From Candidatus Zixiibacteriota bacterium (GTDB taxonomy: Bacteria; Zixibacteria; MSB-5A5; GN15; FEB-12), in contig JBGSIV010000304.1 in NCBI GenBank assembly GCA_041742355.1, forward strand, positions 1 to 52,497: 52,497 nt of DNA, read 5' to 3'. The notes below the pieces were generated by a model, which had not been told where the DNA came from, did no database searches, and saw only the letters and a list, made by a program, of their open reading frames with translations. Positions 28,971-38,797 of this stretch are shown here, one piece after another. A program made the translations under genes and the position numbers. Position 1 is the stretch's first letter. Each line of letters begins with the position of its first letter.

Positions 28971-29875
28971 GATTTCACCTCAGCCTCTTCCTCTTTGCCG
29001 TCGCGCAGGGAGTGCATGATCAGGCCGAGCAAGCCGTACAGCGCCAGTGGCGGCACGAAAGACTTGAACACGCCGTGCTGAATCGTCTCGGTCGTCGTCG
29101 GGATAACATCCGCCGTCAGCACCGGCAGTTCGGTGTTCGTAAACTCGACCGGGGCGAGGTACAGCCAGGACGTACCGCCGACCTCGTGCTCGCCGTAGAC
29201 GTGATTGACATAGCGGTCGGGGAACGCCTTGATACGGGAGTAGGCCGCCGCGAGCAGTTCGTCGCGCCGGCCGTACGTCAACGCTTCGTTCGGACAGATC
29301 TCGACACACGCCGGAAGCTTTCCCTCGGTGAGAATCCGCTCGGAGCAGAAGGTGCACTTGCGCACCTGCGGATCGAGCGCATTGGCGTACTCGTAGGCCG
29401 GAACCTGGAAGGGGCAGGCGACCATGCAGTACCGACAGCCGATACACTTCCAGGCATCGTACTCAACCGGCCCCTGGGCGTTCTTGGTGAGGGCCCCGAC
29501 AATGCAGGCGGAAGCGCAGGCCGGATGCAGGCAATGCATGCACTGCACCTTGATCGTGAACTTTCGGGCCGGGTCCTTCGGATCCTCGAAGCGGTTGACC
29601 ACCGTGTAGGCAGCCGCGTCAGGCCGGCGGTGACGGTCAAAGACGGTCTTGTCCTCAAACGCGGAAGGCGGCAGGTCGGCCAACTTGTGCGCCCTGTTGC
29701 AGGCAGCCTCGCACTTGCGGCAGCCGATACAGGCGACAGTGTCGACGAGCACGCCATACGTTTCGGCGCAGTCGATTGGTTCAGCGTGGGTGTCCTTGGC
29801 GAGTGACTGTCCGGTCAGCAGTGCGGCTGATCCGACGGCCGCAAGGCCGAGGAATTCGCGTCTGTTAAGGCCCAT
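28967..29875 (-). CDS. Tat-exported 4x[4Fe-4S] protein (HybA/HmcB-like)
   Basis: Tat motif LNRREFL; CIGCRKCEAAC, CMHCLHPACASAC, CIGCRYCMVACP, KCTFC...PACVEICP; YGEHEVGGTS; C-terminal TM. Confidence 0.9.
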   Translation of the reverse strand: MGLNRREFLGLAAVGSAALLTGQSLAKDTHAEPIDCAETYGVLVDTVACIGCRKCEAACNRAHKLADLPPSAFEDKTVFDRHRRPDAAAYTVVNRFEDPKDPARKFTIKVQCMHCLHPACASACIVGALTKNAQGPVEYDAWKCIGCRYCMVACPFQVPAYEYANALDPQVRKCTFCSERILTEGKLPACVEICPNEALTYGRRDELLAAAYSRIKAFPDRYVNHVYGEHEVGGTSWLYLAPVEFTNTELPVLTADVIPTTTETIQHGVFKSFVPPLALYGLLGLIMHSLRDGKEEEAEVKS

Positions 29876-29924
29876 GTTCTTATCCTCTGCAACATCAGTG
29901 CGTCCGTAATCACGACAAAAAATG

Positions 29925-29942
29925 TTGTGAATACTTTCACAT
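29925..29942. promoter_or_regulatory. Putative Rex (or CRP-family) operator TTGTGAA-TACT-TTCACAT
   Basis: 13/14 match to the Rex consensus and a perfect TGTGA-N6-TCACA; lies between the promoter and the start of the Fe-S gene. Confidence 0.7.
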
Positions 29943-29973
29943 ATCTATAGAAAGAACGCCAAATACTGGATAA

Positions 29974-30002
29974 ATGCTACCATAATATTGTCGTATTGTC
30001 AA
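29974..30002 (-). promoter_or_regulatory. Sigma70 promoter of the Fe-S/NrfD/cytochrome operon
   Basis: On the minus strand TTGACA-17 nt-TAGCAT, with an extended -10 TG. Confidence 0.7.
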
Positions 30003-30230
30003 GGCAGATTCTTGATTAAAAGCTGGATAATATCAGAGAATTTTACTGCGGTTTCGCTTGTGCTAACGCAACGGCTTGCTATCAGTCAGCTTATGTGAGA
30101 CTATTGGGACACCCTTCGGAAGCCGCTGCAGAGGAGTACATGTACCTGCCCCCCCTTTAATAGGTCAGTTCTGCTCGGCCCCCGGCAGAAGTTGCGCCGA
30201 GGAATTCCGGAAGATCGCCAGTCGCGGCTT

Positions 30231-31289
30231 CTAATGCCCGAGCACGCGCACGTCGTCCCCAAGCACATCCTGAATGTACAGCATTTGGACGGCGACGATC
30301 ACAATTACGGCTAGCGGGGTGGCCAGGAAGATGCCGACCACGCCGAAGACGGCGCCCATCACGATCTGAATAGTGATAAGGGCACCGGGAGGAATGGACA
30401 CGGCGTAGCGCTCCACCAGCGGGGTGATGAGGTAGCTTTCGGAGGTCTGGATGACTGAATAGACGATGAGAACGTACAGGGCGCTTACCGGACCCTGGGC
30501 CAGGGCGAGGAGAAGAGCCGGAATCAAGGCGAGGACCGGGCCGATGAATGGGACGAATTCGAGAATACCGGCGATGAGACCCAGGACGAACGCGAGGGGG
30601 ATACCGGCGATCCAGTAGCCCAGGGCGGTGAGGACGCCGACGATGGCCATGGAAACGAACCGCCCGACAAAAAACCGACGGAGGACAACCGTGACCGAAT
30701 CCAGCACCTCACGCAGACGGGGACGGCGTTCTTTGGGGGCGAGGCTCAGAGCACTCCCGATGTACGTCTGCGGCGAAGCGGCGAGGTAGAGGCCGACGAA
30801 GAGTATGATGATGAAATTGACGATCACACCGAACAGGGTTCCGAACGCGGCCGGGGCGCTGATCAACTGGCGCGAGCCGAAAGGCAGGACCTCGCGCACC
30901 TCGGGCATGTTGTTGAGCAGCATCCGTCCCCACCGGTAATCGTTGAGCGATCCCTTGAGCTGCGCGACAACCTGGGGAAGCCGGACCGTGAGGCGCTCGA
31001 TCTGATCGCCGATGCGGGGCCCGGCGAAGTAGAAGAGGCCGACGACGGCTAGGATGAGGGCCACCGTGACAACCGCCACGGAGATGCCGTAAGAAACGGG
31101 AGTGCGGTTGTGGAGCAAGGTGGCGAGGCCATTCAGGAGCACGGCAAGGAGAACGCCGGAAAAGAGCACCAGGAGAGTCTGGATCAGGGTGGCCAGAAAG
31201 TACACGAGGATCGCCGCGCCGACCACAGTGGCGACGACGACGAGAGTCCGTCGGACGAAAACACCCATGTGGTTACGAGACTGGGGCAT
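30231..31289 (-). CDS. AI-2E family transporter
   Basis: FVPFIGP, QTSESYLITP, GVVGIFLATPL; multiple TM. ATG at 31289 has AGGAG; the longer ORF-track start overlaps the next gene. Confidence 0.9.
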   Translation of the reverse strand: MPQSRNHMGVFVRRTLVVVATVVGAAILVYFLATLIQTLLVLFSGVLLAVLLNGLATLLHNRTPVSYGISVAVVTVALILAVVGLFYFAGPRIGDQIERLTVRLPQVVAQLKGSLNDYRWGRMLLNNMPEVREVLPFGSRQLISAPAAFGTLFGVIVNFIIILFVGLYLAASPQTYIGSALSLAPKERRPRLREVLDSVTVVLRRFFVGRFVSMAIVGVLTALGYWIAGIPLAFVLGLIAGILEFVPFIGPVLALIPALLLALAQGPVSALYVLIVYSVIQTSESYLITPLVERYAVSIPPGALITIQIVMGAVFGVVGIFLATPLAVIVIVAVQMLYIQDVLGDDVRVLGH

Positions 31290-31468
31290 AACTCCTGACG
31301 CGTGGGGTGTTCGGCCGCCTCTGCGAAGGCGTAAAAACATGATGGGGCGAGGCGGAAGAGGCCGGATCGCGCAATGTCCTGTCACATTGAACGCAGACAG
31401 GCGGAGCGTGTTGGTCGGAAATTGCACGCCGCAGGCTGCGGGGCTGGCTGCGACCGACAGAATGGAAA

Positions 31469-32182
31469 TCAACGGGCCGAACGGGTGTGAAACCACTCGG
31501 TAAACTGGCGGCGGAATTCGTTGGCCCCCTGCATGGCGGGGTGGCGCACGACCGGAGCGTCGATGTTCATCCGGTTGAGCAGCACCTGTGCGCGTTTGCC
31601 GACCGCGAGAATGTGCTCGATATTGGTGATCGCAAGGAGGCGGCGGAAAGTGGCTTCGCCGGCCAGCGTTTCGCTCGTGCGCGGCGTGCGGTTGGAGAGA
31701 ATGCCCTTCTGGCTCGACTTGTTCCACGAGTGCCAGGGGCAGCTGTTCCAGATGATGACCCGGTAGGTGTCGATCTCCATCGCGGCGAGATGGCTCCACA
31801 CAATCGTGGCCGTCGGTTCGGAGAAGCCGTGCGCTTTGACCGACGGTTTGCTCGTGCGACGAGGCGCTATGGTGGCGAATACCTGCTCGGGTTTGACGCC
31901 ACGGCTTTCGAGGCCGCCGAGCAGGAGACGTTCGGAAGTCATGGCGATGCCGGTGAAATGCCCCCCCTGGTAGCCGGTCGCTTCGCCGACAAGGAGGTAG
32001 CGCGCGGTATCAAGGCGTTCGGAGAGGTAGACACCGAGCTGCTCGCGGCGAATAGCGGGCGCATCCGGCGAAATATCGTTATCGGGATCAGAATCCCACC
32101 ACGGACTGAACAGGTCGTCGCTGTCGGGTCGCTCCCTGAGCATATCAATCAACTCGACGACTCGCGGATCAACAAGCTTCAT
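31469..32182 (-). CDS. Uracil-DNA glycosylase superfamily protein
   Basis: LLVGEATGYQGGHFTG, SEPTATIVW, WNSCPWH, NRTP, VRHPA. Confidence 0.85.
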   Translation of the reverse strand: MKLVDPRVVELIDMLRERPDSDDLFSPWWDSDPDNDISPDAPAIRREQLGVYLSERLDTARYLLVGEATGYQGGHFTGIAMTSERLLLGGLESRGVKPEQVFATIAPRRTSKPSVKAHGFSEPTATIVWSHLAAMEIDTYRVIIWNSCPWHSWNKSSQKGILSNRTPRTSETLAGEATFRRLLAITNIEHILAVGKRAQVLLNRMNIDAPVVRHPAMQGANEFRRQFTEWFHTRSAR

Positions 32183-33063
32183 GGTCGTTCCAGCCAGTGT
32201 TTCAGGTTATCGCCGTAATCGATGATGTACATCCGTACGCCCCGCGCCAGGGCCGAGTCAAGGGCTGATGGCTCAATGTGATACGTAACGTAGCGCTGGT
32301 TCATACCGCTTTTGCGCAGCCAGGCGGCGAAATCATCGGAAACGGCGGCATAGCGAGAAGCAACCAGGTCGGTGCGAAATCTCGTGGGGATGAGCGAGTA
32401 GAGCCACGGAAATCTCGGGTTGATTCCCTCGAGCACGGTGACAATGCGGGGGAAGTTGTACTCGAGGTACGCGATAAACCAGATATGAGCGCTCGCCACC
32501 AGGGCCCGATCATACAGATTGTGCCGCTCGAAAACAGCGGCGATATCGCGCGCAAGCTGGACCTTGCTTTTGTGGCCATGGCGCTTCATGTCGAAGTAGA
32601 AGAGCACCCGGGTTGGCTGGCGCCGCAGAACATCGTCCAGCCGCGGGACATACTGATCGGTCGGCCTGCCACCGGAGAGCAGCGGGAAAGCCGAGATCTC
32701 CTCGGAATTGAAATGGCTGATGACAGTGTCGAGGCCCAGGAGTCGGTCGGCGCGCAGGTCGTGAGCGAGGATGAAAACCGAGTCGCGGGCGAACTGCAGA
32801 TCGACCTCGAGGCCGTCGTAGCCGGCCGCAACGGCCCGGTCGAGGGCGGCCATGGAGTTTTCCGGAATCGAGTCGACCAGAACCCGGTGGGCCAGCAGCA
32901 GCGGTGGATCGAACGACTGCCACACCTCGGGCAGGGGAGGTTTCTCTCCCCAGCCGCCGCCGAAGATACCGAGGAGCGAGACCAGGACAACGATCATCGC
33001 ACCGACTATCGGCAGGGCTGACTTCAAACCTCGGAGAAGTGCATTCGCGCGGTGTACTGCCAT
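32179..33063 (-). CDS. Glycerophosphodiester phosphodiesterase family protein, membrane-anchored
   Basis: LAHR...PENSMAA, GLEVDL, LAHD, FDMK; N-terminal TM. Confidence 0.85.
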   Translation of the reverse strand: MAVHRANALLRGLKSALPIVGAMIVVLVSLLGIFGGGWGEKPPLPEVWQSFDPPLLLAHRVLVDSIPENSMAALDRAVAAGYDGLEVDLQFARDSVFILAHDLRADRLLGLDTVISHFNSEEISAFPLLSGGRPTDQYVPRLDDVLRRQPTRVLFYFDMKRHGHKSKVQLARDIAAVFERHNLYDRALVASAHIWFIAYLEYNFPRIVTVLEGINPRFPWLYSLIPTRFRTDLVASRYAAVSDDFAAWLRKSGMNQRYVTYHIEPSALDSALARGVRMYIIDYGDNLKHWLERP

Positions 33064-33073
33064 GGTGGTCGGC

Positions 33074-34063
33074 TCATGCAATGCGGGCGAGCAGAGCGCT
33101 CCCCGCGCCCCGGCCCGAGAGTGCCGCGCCCTCGACCGTGCCGCGGCCGAACGCATCGCCGGCGAAAAGAAGCGGAGCGGGTTCCTCGATAAAGAGGAAC
33201 GGTTCCGGGTACGACGTGGTCGGATGGCTGTAGCGCCAGCGGTGAACCTGGGACGCGAGCGGTTTCTCCGGCAGCCACTGCGCGGCGTGCGCGGTGACTG
33301 CCGCAACGATCTCATCATCCGGCGCATCCCAGAGCGAACGGGTGAACGCGGCCGTGGTGAGGATCGTGACGCCGTGGCCGCCGGGTGAAATGCCCTTGGC
33401 ATGGTTGTCGGCCAGCCACGCGATCGCCGGATTGTCCAGGGGCATCCCTCCGGGCTGGGGAACACCGGATGATCGGCCGTAGAGGAGCATCACCGCCATC
33501 GCCGGGTCATACTGCACGTTGACCAGATGGGCCAGGACATAGGTCGGCAGGATCGCGTAGCCGGCGCGGAGCATCTCCAGCGATTGGGGAATGGGCGCGG
33601 TGGCGATAATCGCCTCCGCCTCGAATTCTTCTTCGCGAGCGGTACGGATGATCCAGCGGTTGCGGGCAGGAGCTATCGAGTTCACCCGGGTGTCTAGGCG
33701 AACATTCAGCCCGGCCGCCAGTAACTTGGGGACAGCGGTCATGCCGTCGCAGCCGCAGTAGTGCGCCCCGGCTTCGGAGTTGCCGTTGTTGGGGAAGCCC
33801 CGGCTCCAGAGGCGGGCGACGCCGGCTGTCATCCAGTCATCGACCAGGCGCTGAAACTCCGGGCCGGTGGCGGTGATGTGTTGGGCGCCGTGGTCGAACC
33901 GGGCGGTCCCGATGCGCCGCGTAGCCATGCGCCCGCCGACGCCACGGGCTTTGTCGAGCACGAGGACGTCGACTCCGGCATCGGCCAGCGTTCGCGCCGC
34001 GATCAGGCCGGAAATGCCGGCGCCGATCACAATGCAGGAGTGCAGGGGCGGATGGTCTTTCAT
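33074..34063 (-). CDS. NAD/FAD-dependent oxidoreductase (renalase-like)
   Basis: VIGAGISGL, DKARGVGGRMATRR, FDHGAQ, HRWRYS, FAGD...VEGAALSG. Confidence 0.9.
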   Translation of the reverse strand: MKDHPPLHSCIVIGAGISGLIAARTLADAGVDVLVLDKARGVGGRMATRRIGTARFDHGAQHITATGPEFQRLVDDWMTAGVARLWSRGFPNNGNSEAGAHYCGCDGMTAVPKLLAAGLNVRLDTRVNSIAPARNRWIIRTAREEEFEAEAIIATAPIPQSLEMLRAGYAILPTYVLAHLVNVQYDPAMAVMLLYGRSSGVPQPGGMPLDNPAIAWLADNHAKGISPGGHGVTILTTAAFTRSLWDAPDDEIVAAVTAHAAQWLPEKPLASQVHRWRYSHPTTSYPEPFLFIEEPAPLLFAGDAFGRGTVEGAALSGRGAGSALLARIA

Positions 34064-34270
34064 GGACTCTTTATGTAGCACCTGTTCTGGTTTTGCAACC
34101 GTTTTCTATCGTTCGGTCTACAACGGCGGATCGGAGATGGCAGTTCCAGTGCGAAGTGACGGCGGCGGCGAGGAATTCGCACCCCGACCGAACTCTTTTG
34201 ACCGGATGCTGTTACACCCTTGAAAGAGAAGAACCGGGTGCGTGCATCCGGGCTCGGACAAGGAGAATCT

Positions 34271-34669
34271 GTGAACCAGGCAAAAGTGACCATCGGCTAC
34301 GGCATCGCCCTCATACTGCTGGGCGCCTCGGGATATTTCGCGGTCGGCGGCGCAAGCATCACCGCGCTCATCCCGGCGTTCATCGGGCTGGCCGTGCTGG
34401 GCCTGGGCATTCTCGCGCTGAAGGGCCGGTGGGTCAAACCGGCACTGTACACGGCCGCCGTCCTGGCACTGGCCGGATTGTTGGGAAATATCGGGGCGCT
34501 GACTCACACGCTGCGCTGGACATTCGGCGATGACATGCCGCGTGTCATCGCCCAACTGGCGCGAGCCATTATGGCCATTCTGTCACTGGCATACCTCGCC
34601 GTGTTCCTCGGCGGACTGCGCTTGCTTCACCGGGATTCTTCGCGCGACTCGTACAACATCCGCGCCTGA
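34271..34669 (+). CDS. Small 4-TM membrane protein (TMEM14-like)
   Basis: GTG after AGGAG; YGIALILLGASGY...SITALIPAFIG pattern. Confidence 0.65.
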   Translation: MNQAKVTIGYGIALILLGASGYFAVGGASITALIPAFIGLAVLGLGILALKGRWVKPALYTAAVLALAGLLGNIGALTHTLRWTFGDDMPRVIAQLARAIMAILSLAYLAVFLGGLRLLHRDSSRDSYNIRA

Positions 34670-34739
34670 GGCCCACTGGGCCACCAAACTCATCGCTATC
34701 AGTCCGGGCATAACCAAAACCTCAGGGAAAGAGTGTGCC

Positions 34740-36740
34740 ATGGCTGATTTGTCCCGTCTGCGCAATATCTCCGAAAAAGACCGCAAAATGCTGGCCGAGG
34801 CCGAGGTGATGCTCGGCCCCGAACCGTCGGAAATGGGCTTTGTCAAGAACCTCTTCTGGGGCCGCCTGCGCAATGAACTCGTGTTCCCCTATCCGGAACA
34901 GGATAAACGAGAACGGGCCCGGTGCGACAAATTGCTCGACCGGCTGGATGCCTACCTCCGCGATGAACACCCCGCTGTCCAGATCGACCGGGAAGAAGAG
35001 ATCCCGGCTTGGGTGATCAGGCGACTCTTCGAACAGGGTGTCCTCGGGATGACGATCCCGGAGGAGTACGGCGGGCTGGGCATGTCGGTGACCTCATACA
35101 ACCGGGTGCTCGAGCGGATCGGACGAACCTGCGCTTCGACCGCAGTCGTGGTCTCGGCGCACCAGTCCATCGGCTGTAAAGCGGTGATGCTGTTCGGGAC
35201 CGATGAACAGAAGCGGCGATGGCTGCCCGGAATGGCGACGAAAGAACTCTCGGCGTTCTGCCTCTCCGAGCCGAATGTCGGGTGCGATGCCGGCGGGCAG
35301 GAGACACGATGCGAACTGAGCGACGATGCCACCCACTACATCCTCAACGGCGAGAAGAAGTGGTCGACCTCGGCGGCTCTCTCGGGCCTGTTCACAGTGA
35401 TGGCGAAACAGCGGCTGACTGATCCGTCGACCGGCAAAACCTCGGATCGCGTCACGGCGCTCGTGTGCACGCCGGACATGGAAGGGATCGACATCTACGA
35501 AAAGAACCGTTCCAAATGCGGAATCCGCGGAACTTGGCAGGCACGCATCCGGCTGACCAACGTCAAAGTGCCGCGCGAAAACCTCCTGCACAAAGAAGGA
35601 AAAGGGTTGACCGTGGCGCTGTCGTGCCTCAACTACGGCCGGTGCACCCTGTCGGCGGGAATGCTCGGATCGGCGAAACGTTGCAAGGATCAGGGGATCA
35701 AGTGGTCGCAGACACGCTACCAGTTCGGGCGGCCGCTCGCCGCCTTCGACCTCGTGCAGGAACGGGTGGCCCGCATGGCGGCCTACACCTATGCGATGGA
35801 CGCGATGCTGTACCTCACAACCGCGATGCTCGACCGCCACGATAAAGACATCATGGTCGAAACTGCGCTGTGCAAAGTGTTCAACTCGGAGATGGGATGG
35901 CGCGTGGTCAACGACGCCATGCAGATCATGGGCGGCGAAGGCTACATGACCGAAAACGAGGTGGAACGGGCAATGCGGGATGCCCGGATCAACCTCGTGG
36001 TCGAGGGCGCCAACGAAGTGATGCACACCTTTGTGTTCGGCTATGGCGGCAAACAGCTGGCCGAGCAGATGGTGGGCATCAAAGAAGCCCTGCTGCCTGA
36101 TGCGTCGCAGACCGTCAGCGCGAATCTCTGGCGCATGTTGCGCAACGCCATGCGCCCGAGTGTCGTGAAGACGGCCGCTGGACTCGGGGCGGAGTTGTAC
36201 CTCGGCCGACGACCGCCAAAGCCGACAGCGCCGACCGTGCACGTATCACTTCAGCCGTACGCCAACCGCCTGAGCGACCTGGTGCACGACCACTCGCACC
36301 AGTTCAAGCAGGTGAGCCGGCGCTTCATGGAAAAGATCCTGAACAACCAGATGATGCAGCGCCGGCTGAGCGAGAACGCCATGTGGCTGCACGCAATGGC
36401 CTGCACGATCAGCAGGCTCGACAGCCAGATCAAAGCCGGCGATTCCGGCCCGGCGTTCGAGCGGGATCGGGCCGCGGCGATCTATTTCCTCGAGATGGCC
36501 CAAATCGAGATCCGCGAGAATATCGGCCGGCTGACTCGCAACGCCGATGACCCCATGCGGGCGGCGGCGAAAGCGGCGCTGGAACACAACGACACGCTGC
36601 CGACCGGAGATTTCGTCGTACCGGAACGGTCACCGAATGCGAAGGGGAGGGGACGGAAACCGGCGACACGGGGAGTCCGGCAGTTCCCGGGAGACGGAGT
36701 GGAAGAGCCTTCGGTGCAGGATCGAGTAACGCGGGGGTAG
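34740..36740 (+). CDS. Long-chain acyl-CoA dehydrogenase (VLCAD/ACAD9-like)
   Basis: IPEEYGGLG, FCLSEPNVGCD, LNGEKKW, RYQFGRPL, QIMGGEGY, EGANEV; C-terminal extension. Confidence 0.92.
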   Translation: MADLSRLRNISEKDRKMLAEAEVMLGPEPSEMGFVKNLFWGRLRNELVFPYPEQDKRERARCDKLLDRLDAYLRDEHPAVQIDREEEIPAWVIRRLFEQGVLGMTIPEEYGGLGMSVTSYNRVLERIGRTCASTAVVVSAHQSIGCKAVMLFGTDEQKRRWLPGMATKELSAFCLSEPNVGCDAGGQETRCELSDDATHYILNGEKKWSTSAALSGLFTVMAKQRLTDPSTGKTSDRVTALVCTPDMEGIDIYEKNRSKCGIRGTWQARIRLTNVKVPRENLLHKEGKGLTVALSCLNYGRCTLSAGMLGSAKRCKDQGIKWSQTRYQFGRPLAAFDLVQERVARMAAYTYAMDAMLYLTTAMLDRHDKDIMVETALCKVFNSEMGWRVVNDAMQIMGGEGYMTENEVERAMRDARINLVVEGANEVMHTFVFGYGGKQLAEQMVGIKEALLPDASQTVSANLWRMLRNAMRPSVVKTAAGLGAELYLGRRPPKPTAPTVHVSLQPYANRLSDLVHDHSHQFKQVSRRFMEKILNNQMMQRRLSENAMWLHAMACTISRLDSQIKAGDSGPAFERDRAAAIYFLEMAQIEIRENIGRLTRNADDPMRAAAKAALEHNDTLPTGDFVVPERSPNAKGRGRKPATRGVRQFPGDGVEEPSVQDRVTRG

Positions 36741-36755
36741 CGGCAGAGTCGCTTC

Positions 36756-36988
36756 GTGGTGTCAGGCGCCCTCCCTTGGATCAGTGGCATCAGGAACCCA
36801 CCCTTGGATCAGTGGTGTCAGCTACCCTCACTTAGATTTGTGGTGTCTGGTGCCCTCACCTGACACCCCGCTCCTCCAGCCGGCCTGCCACTGAATCTTC
36901 AGTGGTGTCAGGTGTCCTCCCTTAGATTTGTGGTGTCAGGTGCCCTCACCTGACACTACTGTCGTCTTCCACCACTGCCACCGAATCT
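36756..36988. repeat. REP-like cluster: 28-bp tandem units and two GTGG-led hairpins within a 90-bp duplication
   Basis: Units begin GTGGYRTC at 36756, 36784, 36812, 36840, 36902 and 36930. Hairpin GTGGTGTCAGGTG-ccct-CACCTGACACTAC at 36930-36959. Confidence 0.8.
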
Positions 36989-38234
36989 AGTGCGTAACAA
37001 TCACACCCCGGGCTTCCAGAGCGGGAATGTGCGTGCCGATCGAGGTCTCTGAGAGGGGATTACTCTGCAAGTAGAGAACGTCCCCGGATCCAAGCCCGGT
37101 GTTGGCCACCAGCGGCGCAATATCCGTGATGCCGTTGAAAGAGAGATACAGGGTCGATAGGCCGGTGAGCCCCTGCAGGGGAGTGATATCGACAATGTCG
37201 TTGGCCGAAACGAACAACCCCTCCAGGTTGGTCCGGCCGGCGAGCGGCGTCAGGTCGGAGATGTTATTCCCATTCAGCGAGAGCTCTTTCAGCGCCGGGA
37301 AACGCCCGGTGAAGAACCCGATACTGCTCAGGTTATTGTTGTTCAGCCAGAGGCCCTGGAGGTTCGCCAGGCCGTAGATGGGAGTCAAATCGACGGACGG
37401 GAGGTACTGCGCGCTGAGGCCGGTCAGGCCCGTGAGGCCTGCAACCGGGGCAAGGCTGGTCAGCGGGTTGTCGCCGATCCCCAGGTACTCCAGGTCGCTG
37501 AGTAAGCTGATGGGGGAGAGATCGGTAATCTCGTTGCCGGAGAGGCCGGCGACGCGCAACGACGACAGGCCGGCGAGTGGGGAGAGATCGCTGATCGAAC
37601 CGTTCATCATGTGAAGGAACACGAGATGACTGAAGTACTGCACACCGGCCAGATCAGCAACACCCTGATCGGTGCCATCGAGCTGGGTCACGGTGTCGAT
37701 GGCTGAAATAAAGATGTCTCCCGTCGGGAGGTGAATGTGCTCGCGGACGACGCGCTCGAACACCGAGTCGGCGAACTCGATCGGAACATTCAGGGGACAG
37801 ATGTCATGGCAGCAGTTCGACAGCCCGCTCCAGTTCCCCATCTGATCGCGTGTCTTGATCGCAAAATAGTACGTCTCGCCCGGTTCGAGGCTGTCCACAC
37901 AGTAGATCTGCGCGGTACCGGCCGGGGCCGGGCCGAAGATATCGGTGATCTGGAAGGCCGTCGCAAACGACGCCTCGGTGATCGTATCGTGCGAGGCGCG
38001 CAGATCGTACTGGTACGCGCACCCGACATTGCCGTCTTCGCCGGGAGCGGTCCAGGCCAGTGTCATGCTCGATGTTGTGATCGAGATCACGTGGAGATCC
38101 AGGATCGCGGCGGGGGCGTCGGTGTCGTCGATCGGATCGTCGTCATCGTCGCCGGTGGAGTTCTTGGAACAGGCGAGCGCCAGGCACACAAGCATCACCG
38201 GCGCCAACAGGAGTAGCAGCCGTTTCCACTTCAT
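36987..38234 (-). CDS. Lipoprotein with FN3 domain and internalin-like leucine-rich repeats
   Basis: Lipobox LALAC; LAWTAPG...LEPGETYYFAIK (FN3); repeats L..L.L..N.ISDLSPL. Confidence 0.88.
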   Translation of the reverse strand: MKWKRLLLLLAPVMLVCLALACSKNSTGDDDDDPIDDTDAPAAILDLHVISITTSSMTLAWTAPGEDGNVGCAYQYDLRASHDTITEASFATAFQITDIFGPAPAGTAQIYCVDSLEPGETYYFAIKTRDQMGNWSGLSNCCHDICPLNVPIEFADSVFERVVREHIHLPTGDIFISAIDTVTQLDGTDQGVADLAGVQYFSHLVFLHMMNGSISDLSPLAGLSSLRVAGLSGNEITDLSPISLLSDLEYLGIGDNPLTSLAPVAGLTGLTGLSAQYLPSVDLTPIYGLANLQGLWLNNNNLSSIGFFTGRFPALKELSLNGNNISDLTPLAGRTNLEGLFVSANDIVDITPLQGLTGLSTLYLSFNGITDIAPLVANTGLGSGDVLYLQSNPLSETSIGTHIPALEARGVIVTH

Positions 38235-38285
38235 ACTACGGTCCTTTGTAAAGGTCCTGCGTTGCGAAGGGCATCCAACTGCCAA

Positions 38286-38314
38286 AATGTACTAAACGGT
38301 CGATGGTGTGTCAA
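38286..38314 (-). promoter_or_regulatory. Sigma70 promoter
   Basis: On the minus strand TTGACA-17 nt-TACATT, about 50 nt upstream of the LRR lipoprotein. Confidence 0.6.
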
Positions 38315-38344
38315 GAGGCGCGTGTACGGCCTGGCGGCGCGGCG

Positions 38345-38797
38345 TCAGTCGACCGCCGTATACCAGCCGTCGTAATCGCCGCCGAGCTCGCTGGCGAGGG
38401 AGTCGAATTCACCGGTGATCGGGTCCATCACGCTTTCGTGCGGGGCGGCCGCGACGACCACCTCGAGATACCAGGGATAGCCGCCGGTTTCATCGGGATT
38501 GCGCTCGCCGAACACCCCCACCCGTGCCCCGCGTGCACTGAGCGTGTCGCGGCACTCGGCCGCCTGATCGAAGGTCAGGAAGTAGAAGCAGTGGAAGGTG
38601 TCGCGGGTATTCATGGCGTCGGAGCCGTTCTTCTCGAGGTTCTCGCGGATCGCCCGGTTGGCGGCGTGGTGGCGCGCAGGGCCGGGGCCGGGGCCGGAAC
38701 CAGTGTTTGACTTTGGCTTCCAGCCGGGGGGCGTGGCGGTGTCGGACCCACTGCCGCCCTTATGCATTGATGCAAAGAGGCGTTGTTTCCAGGTCAT
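38345..38797 (-). CDS. RraB-like (ribonuclease E inhibitor) domain protein
   Basis: LEKNGSD...RDTFHCFYF and C-terminal LASELGGDYDGW. Confidence 0.7.
   Translation of the reverse strand: MTWKQRLFASMHKGGSGSDTATPPGWKPKSNTGSGPGPGPARHHAANRAIRENLEKNGSDAMNTRDTFHCFYFLTFDQAAECRDTLSARGARVGVFGERNPDETGGYPWYLEVVVAAAPHESVMDPITGEFDSLASELGGDYDGWYTAVD

Noticed and set aside
27705..29875. Hydrogenase-2 operon (hybAB)
   Set aside because: No NiFe large or small subunit or maturation genes within the promoter-terminator unit.
31290..31799. N-terminal extension of the AI-2E transporter as given by the ORF track (similarly 33064-33465, 42103-42318, 34530-34739)
   Set aside because: Extensions overlap neighbouring genes; better-supported starts lie downstream.
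36756..36988. CRISPR array
   Set aside because: Units are directly abutting and degenerate, with no unique spacers and no cas genes.
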